64,000 bases of DNA from Methanothermococcus sp. Ax23 (GCF_049075655.1 NZ_CP157522.1:352001-416000), one strand, 5' to 3'. Counted from the first letter of the stretch, positions 19,661-30,144 are shown. The notes: a model not told the origin generated them from the letters alone. Program-made: numbers and translations.

Positions 19661-20238
19661 AATCTTTTTAACTCTCTTTTTTATTTATCCAATCGAGCGA
19701 AGCTAGTATCGGATTTTCGAAATCCCCATGACTTTACGAAGTAATTTGTAAGATTTTTAAAGGTTTCGTTTGAATCTTCGCCTCACTACTTTTTATCTTT
19801 ATAGTATAATATTTATTAATTCAAATTAATAAATTTAATATATTAAAAATAATTAAAAAATAAAAAGAATAAATTATTTATTTTTATCTCCGCAGGTGCA
19901 TACAACATTTCCTTTTTTAAGTGGCGTGTGAGTTCCAAATACGATTGGTATTTCCAATTCTTTCATTAACTTCTCAGCTACTTCTTCAAAGTTTATATGC
20001 GGACATTCAGGAACTAAGAATGTGCAGTTTGCTATATGAACAGCTTCCGCACCGCTTGCGTTTTTAAGGAGTTTTACCCTCATTGGAAACCTTCTTCCAG
20101 GGCATCCGCCACATGTTGCAAATGCAACTAATTCAACATCTTTATATCTTTCAAATGTTCCGCTTTTTTCATTTATTGCCTTAAAACATGAAAAACATGC
20201 CTCTTTTCCAGGACATCCCATTTGAACCATTTTTTCAC

Positions 20239-21553
20239 GACTCATTAGGCAGGAAGCCCACGATTTCAATCGTTATACAAAACAATGTTTTGTAAAATCT
20301 CTTACGAGATGGGAGGAATGCCGTTTTTTAGCATACATCATACTTAAAACCACCAAAAACTTTTTATATATTGAATGATATACTCAATAGTATGGTGATA
20401 CCATGCTATTAACACTAAAATCTAAACTAATAACAACACCAGAACAAAAAACCACACTATTAAAAACAATGGAACGATTCAATTCAGCATGCAATTACAT
20501 ATCAAAAATAGCATTCAAAACCAAAACCTTTGGAAAAGTAAAACTACAAAAACTCGTATATTATGATGTAAGAGAAAAATACGGTTTATCATCTCAAATG
20601 GTGGTAAGAGCAATAGGAAAAGTATCAGAAAGTTATAAAACAGATAAAAAAACACTTCATAAATTCAAACCACACGGTGCAATAATATACGATGAAAGAA
20701 TACTAACAATCAAAACACCAGACACAATATCAATACTAACAATAAACGGTAGAATAAAACTACCAATCAAATTTGGAGATTATCTACCATTGGAAAATAA
20801 AAGAGTGAGAGGGCAGGCGGATTTAATCTACAAAAACGGTGAATTTTACCTAATGCTTGTTGTAGATATTCCAGAAGAGCCTCCAAACTCTTCATTTTCT
20901 AATGTGTTAGGTGTTGATTTAGGTATTGTTAATTTAGCAACTACGAGCGATGGAGTAAAATACTCGGGAGAAAAATGCACGAAAGTAAGAAAACGATACG
21001 AGAGATTAAGAGCAGAATTACAAAAGAAGAACACTTGGAGTGCTAAAAGAAAGCTTAAAAAAATAAGTGGTAGAGAAAGACGATTTAAACGGGATATAAA
21101 CCATTGTATTTCTAAACAAATCGTCATAACTGCCAAAGGCACGAACCGAGCGATTGCCTTAGAAGATTTGAAAGGCATTCGAAACGGTGGCACGGTTAAT
21201 AAGGCAGTTAAAAAACTTATTGACAGATGGGCATTCTATGAGTTAGCACAATTTATCCAGTATAAAGCAAAATTATACGGTGTTCCAGTATTCTTTGTTA
21301 ATCCACGATACACGAGCCAAACTTGCAGTAATTGCGGTCATGTGTCTAAAAATAACCGTAAAAGTCAGTCAGTATTCGTTTGTGAAAAATGTGGTTTTTC
21401 AGAGAATGCTGATGTTAATGCCGCTTTGAACATTGCCCACCGAGCAGAACAATACTATTTAGGGCTGTCCTGTCAGCCAGCCTAATGTCCTCCGCCCTAA
21501 TTATTAAGGGAGTTGGAAGGACAAGCCAACGGATTTATCCGTTGGTAGCTGAC
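20239..21553 (+). mobile_element. IS200/IS605-family (IS1341-type, tnpB-only) element
   Basis: Inserted after TCAC. Left-end guide GAAG plus hairpin; right end CAAG-CCAACGGA-TTTA-TCCGTTGG-TAGC-TGAC. No target duplication; removal restores the host ORF. Confidence 0.9.
20403..21485 (+). CDS. tnpB: RNA-guided endonuclease TnpB
   Basis: RuvC-I GVDLG, RuvC-II ALEDL, zinc finger TSQTCSNC...CEKC, RuvC-III NADVNAALNI; catalytic D-E-D intact. Confidence 0.95.
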   Translation: MLLTLKSKLITTPEQKTTLLKTMERFNSACNYISKIAFKTKTFGKVKLQKLVYYDVREKYGLSSQMVVRAIGKVSESYKTDKKTLHKFKPHGAIIYDERILTIKTPDTISILTINGRIKLPIKFGDYLPLENKRVRGQADLIYKNGEFYLMLVVDIPEEPPNSSFSNVLGVDLGIVNLATTSDGVKYSGEKCTKVRKRYERLRAELQKKNTWSAKRKLKKISGRERRFKRDINHCISKQIVITAKGTNRAIALEDLKGIRNGGTVNKAVKKLIDRWAFYELAQFIQYKAKLYGVPVFFVNPRYTSQTCSNCGHVSKNNRKSQSVFVCEKCGFSENADVNAALNIAHRAEQYYLGLSCQPA

Positions 21554-21603
21554 ATGCAATTATGGCAACTTTCATTTTATCACTTATTTTGTTATTTTTA
21601 TAA

Positions 21604-21846
21604 TTATTTTATGTAATCTTCTAATTCTTTTTTAATCTCTTCAACGGTCGGCAGTTTTCCTTCAAATACTATTTCATCATCAAAAGCAACACCGGGGGCT
21701 ACGAAAATCCATTCAGATATTTCATTTATGTCGGTGACTTTCACAACCTCGGCATCAATACCCAATTCTTCAACAGCTTTTTTAACATTTTCGTATGTTT
21801 GGTTACATTTTGGACATCCTGTTCCAAATACTCTAATTATCATCAT
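21604..21846 (-). CDS. Small redox-active disulfide protein (thioredoxin-like, MTH895 type)
   Basis: IRVFGTGCPKC, VVKVTD, PGVAFDDEIVFEGKLP; RBS GGTGA before ATG 21846. Confidence 0.88.
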   Translation of the reverse strand: MMIIRVFGTGCPKCNQTYENVKKAVEELGIDAEVVKVTDINEISEWIFVAPGVAFDDEIVFEGKLPTVEEIKKELEDYIK

Positions 21847-21977
21847 ATCACCGTTTTTTTTATAATATAGGATAATCCCCATATAATTTATAATTTTCGA
21901 TTAATTGATAGATTTTAATATATTTTAAGAATATTTGAATATACTGTAATATGGTTATATTTAAAGAATTTGAAGAT

Positions 21978-23066
21978 TTATAAAATTATTCCAGTAATTA
22001 CTCCTGCAATAGTTGAGAATGCCACTACAATTCCAAGATAGGTTAATGCTTTTTTAGAGCCGAGCACCCTTGAAATTGTGAGCACCGTTGGAATACTAAG
22101 ACTTGGACCTGCAAGAAGTAATGCCATTGCTGGACCAACGCCCATACCGAGCTCCATTAAAGACTTTATAATTGGAACCTCAGTAAGTGTTGCGAAATAC
22201 ATGAGAGCTCCTATAAACGATGCAATAAAGTTTGACATTATGGAGTTTCCACCAACATATTGGCCAACATATTCAGGAGGAACAAATGCGTTTATCAACC
22301 CTGCAATTGCTACACCAAGTATCAATAGTGGAAATACGATTTTACCAAGTGTAAATGTCTCTCTAAGCCATGCTTTTGTTTCTTCCGGTTTAAACCATTT
22401 TTTAACCACAACTATAAGAATGGCACCCAATATTGCAGTTAATATATGTTTAACAAGAATTCCCCCATAAACTGGAACACTCAGTGCAGGTATTAATTTT
22501 GGTGAGGCAGTTATTGTAAGCAACATCCCCAACTGTATTAGGAAAAATATTGCGGTTTGATACGCCGGTCTAACTGAGATATGGTCTGCCTTTCCAACTC
22601 TGAAATTTCTCTTTTTTTCATCTGATTTGAATATAAATGCCATTGATAAACCAATTAATACGGACATTGTCACTGCGAAAAATGCCCTTGTGAAACCAAT
22701 GTCCCATCCAAGAAGTGCCGCAGAGTAGAATACCGCAAGCACATTTATGGCAGGACCTGAGAATAAAAATGTCGTAGCAGGACCTATCCCGGCACCCCTT
22801 CGGTATATTCCTGCAAATAACGGCAGAATTGTGCATGAACATACTGCAAGAAGACATCCGCTTATAGATGCCACTAAATAAGATATATGCTTTGGAGTAT
22901 TTGGACCAAAATATTTTATTATAAAGTTTTTATTTATCATGGAGGATATGCCCCCTGCCATAAAAAATGCTATTATAAGGGCTATGGTTCTATTTACATT
23001 TAAATAATCCACAAGAGTATTAATCATTATATTTACTGCGTAAATTATTGTTCCCATTACATCCAC
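21978..23066 (-). CDS. DUF318/ArsP-family permease
   Basis: LAVCSCTILPLF, FLFSGPAIN, MYFATLTEVPI, LLAGPSLSIP. Confidence 0.88.
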   Translation of the reverse strand: MDVMGTIIYAVNIMINTLVDYLNVNRTIALIIAFFMAGGISSMINKNFIIKYFGPNTPKHISYLVASISGCLLAVCSCTILPLFAGIYRRGAGIGPATTFLFSGPAINVLAVFYSAALLGWDIGFTRAFFAVTMSVLIGLSMAFIFKSDEKKRNFRVGKADHISVRPAYQTAIFFLIQLGMLLTITASPKLIPALSVPVYGGILVKHILTAILGAILIVVVKKWFKPEETKAWLRETFTLGKIVFPLLILGVAIAGLINAFVPPEYVGQYVGGNSIMSNFIASFIGALMYFATLTEVPIIKSLMELGMGVGPAMALLLAGPSLSIPTVLTISRVLGSKKALTYLGIVVAFSTIAGVITGIIL

Positions 23067-23233
23067 TATTTCACCCTTCTTCTACCTTTTAGAGCTCCTA
23101 CATCATAGGTCATTTTTTCACCACAATTTGGACATTCTGGCAAAGGCACCTCAGAAGCCATACATGGACATACATCTACTTCATATCTCATTCTTTTATC
23201 ACATTTTGGACATTTTAAATTCCATATAATCAT
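23066..23233 (-). CDS. Small zinc-ribbon protein, 55 aa (not in ORF track)
   Basis: MIIWNLKCPKCDKRMRYEVDVCPCMASEVPLPECPNCGEKMTYDVGALKGRRRVK*; GGTGG RBS; stop overlaps the permease start (TAGTG). Confidence 0.8.
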   Translation of the reverse strand: MIIWNLKCPKCDKRMRYEVDVCPCMASEVPLPECPNCGEKMTYDVGALKGRRRVK

Positions 23234-23398
23234 TTAACCACCACCATTTTAACATAATACTTAACATAATAATATATATAAAATAATAAATTATTATATT
23301 TATACTTTTCGATTAATTAATAAATCGAAATATATTTTAAAAATATGTGAATATATTAATGTAATATAATAAAATAAAATTAAAACAGTATTTATTTA

Positions 23399-23800
23399 TT
23401 ATTCATTTTTAAAAATCTTAACTATTCCCTTGTTTCCATCGATTAATACTCTATCCCCAGTTTTTATATCATCCATATCTATTTTATCAATCATTGGAAT
23501 CTTTCCAAGTATTGCACCTGTGGCAACAATCGGCTCGCATTCTTTGTTTATTATGCCTTTTAAAATTCCCTTTTTTGCAAGTCCGTATATTACATAAGAC
23601 CCCACAGTGCTTCCTTTACCTGTTGGGAAAACAAATATTTTGTCTTTAATGCTTTGTCCGTATAATTCGTTTTCTTTATCGGTGATAATGCCGTCCTCAT
23701 TTACACCACCTAAAAATGATATTGGAGCATCTGAAACAATAGCTTCCGCCTCAACCTGTCCTTTTGATATAATTCTTCCCTTTAATTCGATAACTTCCAT
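23399..23800 (-). CDS. DUF126 protein (aconitase X / phosphomevalonate dehydratase small subunit)
   Basis: PISFLGGV, FPTGKGSTVGSYV, EPIVATGAIL. Confidence 0.88.
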   Translation of the reverse strand: MEVIELKGRIISKGQVEAEAIVSDAPISFLGGVNEDGIITDKENELYGQSIKDKIFVFPTGKGSTVGSYVIYGLAKKGILKGIINKECEPIVATGAILGKIPMIDKIDMDDIKTGDRVLIDGNKGIVKIFKNE

Positions 23801-23906
23801 AATTTCACCTAATTACAACATTCACATTTATAATTTATAAAAACTACATATTTATAATATTATTTACAGTTATAATTTAGTATATTATTTATAAATTGGT
23901 GAGCTC

Positions 23907-24074
23907 ATGGTAAAGGACGTAAATTTACAAGATGATGAATTGTGCAAATGGACAATTATTGATTTGGACGAATTAAAAACAAAAAAAGTCAAATGCAACT
24001 GCGGATATGTGTTTAACTGCGTCGGTAAAAGAATATTATGTCCCAAATGCAAAAAAATTTTTGAAGTGGAATAG
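23907..24074 (+). CDS. Small zinc-ribbon protein, 55 aa (not in ORF track)
   Basis: MVKDVNLQDDELCKWTIIDLDELKTKKVKCNCGYVFNCVGKRILCPKCKKIFEVE*; GGTGA RBS. Confidence 0.7.
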   Translation: MVKDVNLQDDELCKWTIIDLDELKTKKVKCNCGYVFNCVGKRILCPKCKKIFEVE

Positions 24075-24089
24075 ATTTGTTGATTCATA

Positions 24090-24986
24090 TTAGATTATTA
24101 TTTTATCAATTACAAATCCAATTAACCCACTTGCTAAAATAACGCTAAATAAATATTTTAGTGTTAGTTTTTTACCGTAGCATTTTTTCATAGACAGCAG
24201 TAGCGGAAGCCCGAGAGTTGGGGCTGAAATTAAAAATGAAATTATTAATCCCCTTGAAACTCCATCTATTGCAACCGATTTTATAATTGGAATTAAAGCA
24301 TGGGGGCATAAAAATATAAATATCCTTATTATAGAAACATAAAAATACGAAGCTATATCGTTGGAAAGAATAAGCAAAATGGTATCTTTTGGAATATATG
24401 TCATTATAAATCCTGAAATAATAAATCCCAACACCATTGAAGGAAATAACTTTTTAAACTGGTTAATGAATATGCTGAAAAAATCATTTTTATGGATATT
24501 TTCCTCAAATCCGCAAAATATTACTTTATTATTGTAAAATACCAAACCAATAAGCATTGATAATATAAGGGATGCAATTATTTGCATGATAACCAATTTA
24601 TAACCTAACAATGAGTAGGACAGCATTATACCGATGGGATTTATAGAAGATGCAGACACAATAAATGCCATGGCAACTCCTAAATTTGCACCTCTTGAAT
24701 TTAAGGCATTTGCCACTGGAACCCCACTTGCAGAGCACAACGGCAGAGCTCCGCCAATAAGTGATGCCAATACTATGGATTTTTTGCTACTGCTTAACCT
24801 ATGAACAAATTTTTTTCTTAAATCTCCCTTTAATTTTACCTTCAAATATGCGGATAAAATAAACCCAAATAGAATATATGGAAGGGCATCTAAAAAGAAA
24901 TTAAGAGAATGCTCCAATGCTATGCCAATTGTAGATATTGTTATATTGGATATAAGTGGGCTAATCATTTTTTTCACACATAGCAC
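24090..24986 (-). CDS. DUF318-family permease
   Basis: LPLCSASGVPVA, SASSINP, FLCPHALIP, FLISAPTL; multi-TM. Confidence 0.75.
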   Translation of the reverse strand: MLCVKKMISPLISNITISTIGIALEHSLNFFLDALPYILFGFILSAYLKVKLKGDLRKKFVHRLSSSKKSIVLASLIGGALPLCSASGVPVANALNSRGANLGVAMAFIVSASSINPIGIMLSYSLLGYKLVIMQIIASLILSMLIGLVFYNNKVIFCGFEENIHKNDFFSIFINQFKKLFPSMVLGFIISGFIMTYIPKDTILLILSNDIASYFYVSIIRIFIFLCPHALIPIIKSVAIDGVSRGLIISFLISAPTLGLPLLLSMKKCYGKKLTLKYLFSVILASGLIGFVIDKIII

Positions 24987-25623
24987 ATTTTTGACATGTT
25001 TGCTGTTTTGTAAGTTTTATACCTTTTTTTGTCAGTTGAATTCCAGTTCCCAATGGACATATATATCTGCACCAAAACCTTGGGATTAATATACCCAATA
25101 GCAGAGCTCCGATTATGATATACAATCTGGTAAAATATGCATTTCCAGCAGTTAGGTAGATTAACTTTATAGATGCCATCAACTCAGATGTGTGAATTGG
25201 AATATAATATCTCGGGTTACCATATAATAACGCCAGTATGGCAAATAGAAACACCACATACTTTAAAAATTCCAGTATTAATTTTGACTCATGGGACAGT
25301 TTAAGGGGTTTTTTTGAAATCTTCCTTCTAACTCTGTAAATTAAATCATTCAGAGTTCCAAATGGGCAAATCTTACTGCAAAAATCTTTTCTAAAAACTA
25401 TCATATATCCAACGATAAATGCAACAAATGGCTTTCTGTAATATTTAGATGGGCAATCTACCACTGGACACATATCACAGGCTAAAAATGGCAGTATATA
25501 TGGACACCTAAATATCGCTAGAATTATGGTTTCAAGTGCCACAATGAAAATTCCATACTTCATAACAATTGGAAACCATTTTTTTAATTTTTTCATCGAC
25601 TCTTTAAATTCCATAAATCTCAC
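24961..25623 (-). CDS. Membrane 4Fe-4S-binding protein (NapH/MauN-like)
   Basis: CDMCPVVDCP, FCSKICPFG, RFWCRYICPLG, C-terminal CQKCAMC. Confidence 0.8.
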   Translation of the reverse strand: MRFMEFKESMKKLKKWFPIVMKYGIFIVALETIILAIFRCPYILPFLACDMCPVVDCPSKYYRKPFVAFIVGYMIVFRKDFCSKICPFGTLNDLIYRVRRKISKKPLKLSHESKLILEFLKYVVFLFAILALLYGNPRYYIPIHTSELMASIKLIYLTAGNAYFTRLYIIIGALLLGILIPRFWCRYICPLGTGIQLTKKGIKLTKQQTCQKCAMCEKND

Positions 25624-25684
25624 CAGTGAAACACCAGATAATAATAAAAAACATAAAACTCATTAAAAAATAAAAAAGAAGATT

Positions 25685-26563
25685 TCATTGGCTGATTGGA
25701 GCCAAATCTTTGTATTCTGGATAATAGTTGTTTAATATTTCCTGACCTTTTTCAGATTTTACAGGGTAGAACCCATGTTTTGCTAAAATTGCCTGTCCTT
25801 CATCAGAGAGCACAAATTCCTTATATTTGTATGCTAAGTCTTTTTCTTTTGAGTTTTTCATAACACCTATTGTGAAAACACAATCCTGTTTTTTAAGATA
25901 TTCTCTTGGAATTTCTACAATCTCAACATTCCCTTTTATTCCATCCAATGTCGTGCATCTTCTTTCAACAATTGCCGCATCGCAATTTCCATCTGCAACA
26001 TCTTTTAACATCTTTCTATAACAGTCAAAATCCTTCGCACTTTTTTCATATATTTTATTTATTAATTCTTTTTCTGAGTTCAGCACTCTTATTTCTGGGA
26101 TTGCCGCTTTTGAATTTGTATAAACTTTAACATCGTCTCTTAACAAATCCTCTAATTTAGTTATATTCTTTGGATTACCTTTTGGAGTTACTATTACCCA
26201 TCCGGTAAATTGGTAGATATTATAATCAGGCTCCATTAAACTTTTGTTTGTTAATATTTCTGAATGTTTGGTGCTTCTAGGTAAAAATACATCGCAATAT
26301 GCACCATTTTCTATTGCTTTCCTTAATGTTCCAGCGGAAGCTCCTGTAAAATCTACCTTGCAATTGTATTTTTTTTCAAACTCTTTATTCACTTCTTGAA
26401 GAGCTTCTGTTGGACCTCCACAACTATAAACCACCAATGTTTTCTGAGCTCCTGCTGTTGCTGTTGAAACATCTGCTGATGCTGAACTATTGGTGGATGT
26501 GCATCCACAAAGCATTACACTCAATCCTATAATCCCTATCAATATAAGAGTTAATTTTTTCAT
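25685..26563 (-). CDS. ModA-like substrate-binding lipoprotein
   Basis: Lipobox LCGC, YSCGGP, GASAGTLRKAIENG, KGNPKNI, SDEGQAILAKHGF. Confidence 0.8.
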   Translation of the reverse strand: MKKLTLILIGIIGLSVMLCGCTSTNSSASADVSTATAGAQKTLVVYSCGGPTEALQEVNKEFEKKYNCKVDFTGASAGTLRKAIENGAYCDVFLPRSTKHSEILTNKSLMEPDYNIYQFTGWVIVTPKGNPKNITKLEDLLRDDVKVYTNSKAAIPEIRVLNSEKELINKIYEKSAKDFDCYRKMLKDVADGNCDAAIVERRCTTLDGIKGNVEIVEIPREYLKKQDCVFTIGVMKNSKEKDLAYKYKEFVLSDEGQAILAKHGFYPVKSEKGQEILNNYYPEYKDLAPISQ

Positions 26564-26755
26564 AATTTCACCATATTAGATTTTTTAATATCTATTTGGT
26601 ATGAAACATAAGTATTTTAACAAAATCCTTATAAAAATCTTTTTATTTAGAAATTTTTATAGTTATACTATATATTAATTAAATTAATATGAGATAGATT
26701 AAAATAAATTAAAAAGATAATCATTAATAAAAAGAAAAAAATAAAAAAATAAAAA

Positions 26756-26785
26756 AGCATTCCTCCTAAAAAGGTTCGGAATGCT
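26756..26785 (-). promoter_or_regulatory. Archaeal SECIS element in the selD 3' UTR
   Basis: AGCATTCC-GAA-CCT-TTTT-AGG-A-GGAATGCT: 8-bp stem, GAA/A internal loop and 3-bp apical stem, followed by a U-run. Confidence 0.85.
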
Positions 26786-26792
26786 GCCAAAG

Positions 26793-27851
26793 TTAAATCT
26801 CTAAAATCTTTACATCTTCACTTAAATAAGCCTTCCCAACACCTGATTTTTTAACTTTTCCAACTTCAAATGCGTAGCATCCGTTTTTATGAAGTTTTTC
26901 TATTAAATTCTGAGCATATTCTTGTTTTATGGAAATAAACAGCCCACCAGCAGTTTCAGCACCATATCCTTTTAACAGGGCATGTCCAAATAAAGAAGCT
27001 AATTCACCAGTTCCTTTAATTATAGGAAGTGTATTGATTTCAATTTCAACTGAGCTCTGCTCCGCCATTTCATTACTATGCCCCAAAATACCAAAGCCGG
27101 TAATATCTGTCATGGCATTGGCAACTTTTTCTCCGAGCTCATCTTCAAGTTCCCGAAGTGCTAAAAGGGGTTTTCTATTGGATGAAGTCATCAGTTCAAT
27201 AGCTTTGTTTATTATTCTATCCTTTTCTGATTTTTCAATGTCAAGTAAATCGTCATATTCAGGACCTACTCTTGATAGTGCCATTGCCGTCTGGGTGCCC
27301 AATGGTTTTGTTAATATTAAAACATCCCCTTCTTTTGCACCGCTTTTTGTTAAAATATCTTCTTTTTTTCCAACCCCTGAAACAGCACCGCCTATCAATG
27401 GCCATGGATTTAAGATTGTGTGCCCGCCTATAATGGTTGTTTCATTTTCCCTGCAAAAGTCCTGAAATCCCTTTAACATCTCTCTTGAAATATCTATTGG
27501 AAGAGTTTCTGGAATTCCCATAATTACCAATACGCCTATTATATCCAATATACCCATAGCATACACATCACTTGTGGAATTGCACGCCGCAATCCTTCCC
27601 TGCAAATATGGGTCATCTACTATTGGAGTGAATACATCGACGGTTTTCACTATTGCCATATCGTTTCTGATAATTACTGCGGCATCATCACCTAATCCAA
27701 CATATGCTTTTTTTAAGTCCTCTTCTGAAACTATTCCTTTTACTAAAAATTCTAATTCGGTGTTGGGAAGTTTGCATGCTCATCCGTGAAGTTGCACCAT
27801 TTCGGTGAGTTTTATATCTCTCTTTTCTGTTGTATTCTCATTTATTTCCAT
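26793..27851 (-). CDS. selD: Selenophosphate synthetase, selenoprotein (UGA at codon 24, 27782-27780)
   Basis: The frame extends upstream of the ORF-track call: ...LTEMVQLHG-U-ACKLP...GDDAAV...KTVDVFTPIVDDP; GGTGA RBS; downstream SECIS. Confidence 0.95.
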
Positions 27852-28019
27852 AGATTATCACCGTTAATATATGGCATATTTATATAATATATTATCAAAA
27901 ATATTTATAATTACATATACCTACTACTTATTAATTTATGGATAAGTATAATTTATAGATATTCATTTAAAAATTTAATAATCACTCAAAGATATTAATT
28001 TTTTTAATATAGTGATATT

Positions 28020-28469
28020 ATGATAAGCATTCCAAACTACAAAGATATAAATGCTAAAACTGTTGTTTTTGATTTAAACGGCACCCTTGCAGTAGATGGA
28101 AAAGTAGATAATGAAATAAAGGAGCTCCTAAATGAATTGAATAAAAAGTATGATATAGTTGTATTAACCGCAGATACATTTGGAACTATAAGGAAAGAAT
28201 TTGAAGGATACAATGTAGTTATTGAAATAATAAAAAATACCGAAGAAAAGATGAATAAAGCAAAAGAGCATGCTCCATATATTGGAGTTGGTAATGGAAA
28301 TAACGACATAGATATGCTTAAAAATGCTGAGCTCGGAATAGCAGTAATTGGAAAAGAAGGATGCAGTGTTAAAACCCTGTTATCCGCAGATATTGTTGTA
28401 AATAATATTATAGATGCCATAAATTTACTGTTAAACGAAAAAAGAATGATAGCAACCCTTAGAAAGTAA
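28020..28469 (+). CDS. HAD-superfamily phosphatase (soluble P-type ATPase-like)
   Basis: FDLNGTLA, LTADTFG, GVGNGNNDIDML. Confidence 0.85.
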   Translation: MISIPNYKDINAKTVVFDLNGTLAVDGKVDNEIKELLNELNKKYDIVVLTADTFGTIRKEFEGYNVVIEIIKNTEEKMNKAKEHAPYIGVGNGNNDIDMLKNAELGIAVIGKEGCSVKTLLSADIVVNNIIDAINLLLNEKRMIATLRK

Positions 28470-28497
28470 ATGTATAAGAAAAATTAAATTATACCTA

Positions 28498-29094
28498 TTA
28501 CTCTTCATCTATTTTCTTTTTATCTCTCGGCATGCAGATGAGCTCCCTCAGTTCGATATTAAAGAAGTTGTTTAAATTTGCCGGTTTGATTACAACCGCA
28601 GTATCTGCCCCCCTGCTTCTTCCACCTATTGCTATCACTTCGTTTTTTGTTTTAATCAATCCTGCATCTGCTGCCATTAATGTGATTTCATAGCAAACCT
28701 TTAATCCATGTCCAAATGTCCTAAGGGTGTGTGCGATTATTTCAACTGGATATGCTCCTCCAAACTTATTGGATATCGCTCTTTCAACACCACTTAGTGC
28801 ATGAGCTCCCATGAATACCTTTGCCCCTCTTTCCTTCAACTCATTCATTGTTTCTTCGCTCATTGTAATTACATCTTCACCATGAAATCCTTGATGGTAG
28901 GAAACCACAACCACATTTAAATCAAGATTTTTACTTTCAACTACATCCAATAATTTTTTTGCAGTATCCCCGTAGGATGATGCCACAACAATATCTTTTA
29001 TATTCAATTCCTGAGCTCTCTCAACAGCAAGTTTTAAAGTTTCCTCTGTGTTTTGAACTCCTGCCTTTTCAAAGTATGTAATTGATTTTTCCAC
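28498..29094 (-). CDS. Pyruvate kinase alpha/beta-domain protein (conserved archaeal family)
   Basis: [40 protein letters not shown]. Confidence 0.8.
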   Translation of the reverse strand: MEKSITYFEKAGVQNTEETLKLAVERAQELNIKDIVVASSYGDTAKKLLDVVESKNLDLNVVVVSYHQGFHGEDVITMSEETMNELKERGAKVFMGAHALSGVERAISNKFGGAYPVEIIAHTLRTFGHGLKVCYEITLMAADAGLIKTKNEVIAIGGRSRGADTAVVIKPANLNNFFNIELRELICMPRDKKKIDEE

Positions 29095-29202
29095 AATATC
29101 ACCTCATTTTGTTTTTTAGTTTTAGTTTATTAGTTTTTTATTTTATTTTTTTATTGTATTTTCCTATTATTTTCCTTATTTCTTATTTTTTTGTTATATT
29201 AA

Positions 29203-30144
29203 TTACTTTTTTGGTTTTAAAGGATATTCCATAAAATCCTCAGCAATAATGATATTAAGATTATCGTTTTCTGCATTAAGGTTATTAACCTCATTTATAT
29301 AATCATCCATTTTGTCATCATACCTTGCAGATATGTGGGTAAGTATGAGCTCCTCAACCCCCGCAATTTTTGCAATATTTACTGCATCCCCCACTGTTGA
29401 GTGCATTGTTTCTATGGCATTATTTTTTCTTGAACTGTCGAAAGTTGCCTCATGGATTAATATCCTACATCCCAATGATTTTAAAAATTCTCCAAAATCT
29501 TCAAGTGGTGTTGAATCTCCACTGTATCCTATACAAATTCCTTTTTTTGGTGGAAGAAGGACATCCTCTGGATACACTATTTTTCCATCCTTTGTTTTTA
29601 CTGGATTCCCATCCTTCAATCTTTTTAAATTTGGACCAACTTCAACTCCCAGTTCAATGGCTTTTTTTAAGTTTAACTGTGGTTTCTTTTTTTCTCTAAA
29701 AACATACCCTACTGTTGGAACTGAATGATTCATTGGATAGCAGTATATTTCGTATTTCTCAGTATCTACTATTTTCATAGGTGTTTCAGTAGATAATTCA
29801 TGCACTTGTATATTAAAATTTATTGAATGATACCCTATTTTTAAAATATTTTCAATGGTTTCCTTTGTTTCAGGTGGGCCATATATGTTAATAGGTTCCG
29901 TTCTTCCATTAAACCCTATTGATTGAAGAAGCCCCGGAAGTCCTAAAATATGGTCTCCATGAAGGTGGGTAATAAATATGTTGCTTATTTTCATGGGGGA
30001 TATATCTGTATATATTATTTGTCGCTGAGCTCCTTCACCGCAGTCAAATAAAAATATTTCTCCATCAAATTTAAGACCTATTGATGAATGATTCCTATTC
30101 TTCGTAGGAACAGCCGCCCCAGTCCCTAAAAAAACAATTTTCAT
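29203..30144 (-). CDS. rnz: Ribonuclease Z
   Basis: [22 protein letters not shown], exosite, HEATF, THISARY. Confidence 0.95.
   Translation of the reverse strand: MKIVFLGTGAAVPTKNRNHSSIGLKFDGEIFLFDCGEGAQRQIIYTDISPMKISNIFITHLHGDHILGLPGLLQSIGFNGRTEPINIYGPPETKETIENILKIGYHSINFNIQVHELSTETPMKIVDTEKYEIYCYPMNHSVPTVGYVFREKKKPQLNLKKAIELGVEVGPNLKRLKDGNPVKTKDGKIVYPEDVLLPPKKGICIGYSGDSTPLEDFGEFLKSLGCRILIHEATFDSSRKNNAIETMHSTVGDAVNIAKIAGVEELILTHISARYDDKMDDYINEVNNLNAENDNLNIIIAEDFMEYPLKPKK

Larger units (their letters stand above)
19874..21575 (-). pseudogene. CGGC-domain protein gene interrupted by a tnpB element after codon 7
   Basis: Joining 21575-21554 to 20238-19874 restores MKVAIIACEKMVQMGCPGKEACFSC...TCGGCPGRR...VFGTH. 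Confidence 0.88.

Noticed and set aside
19874-20269. ORF-track start MKSWASCLMSR
   Set aside because: These residues come from the IS left end; the true start is at 21575.
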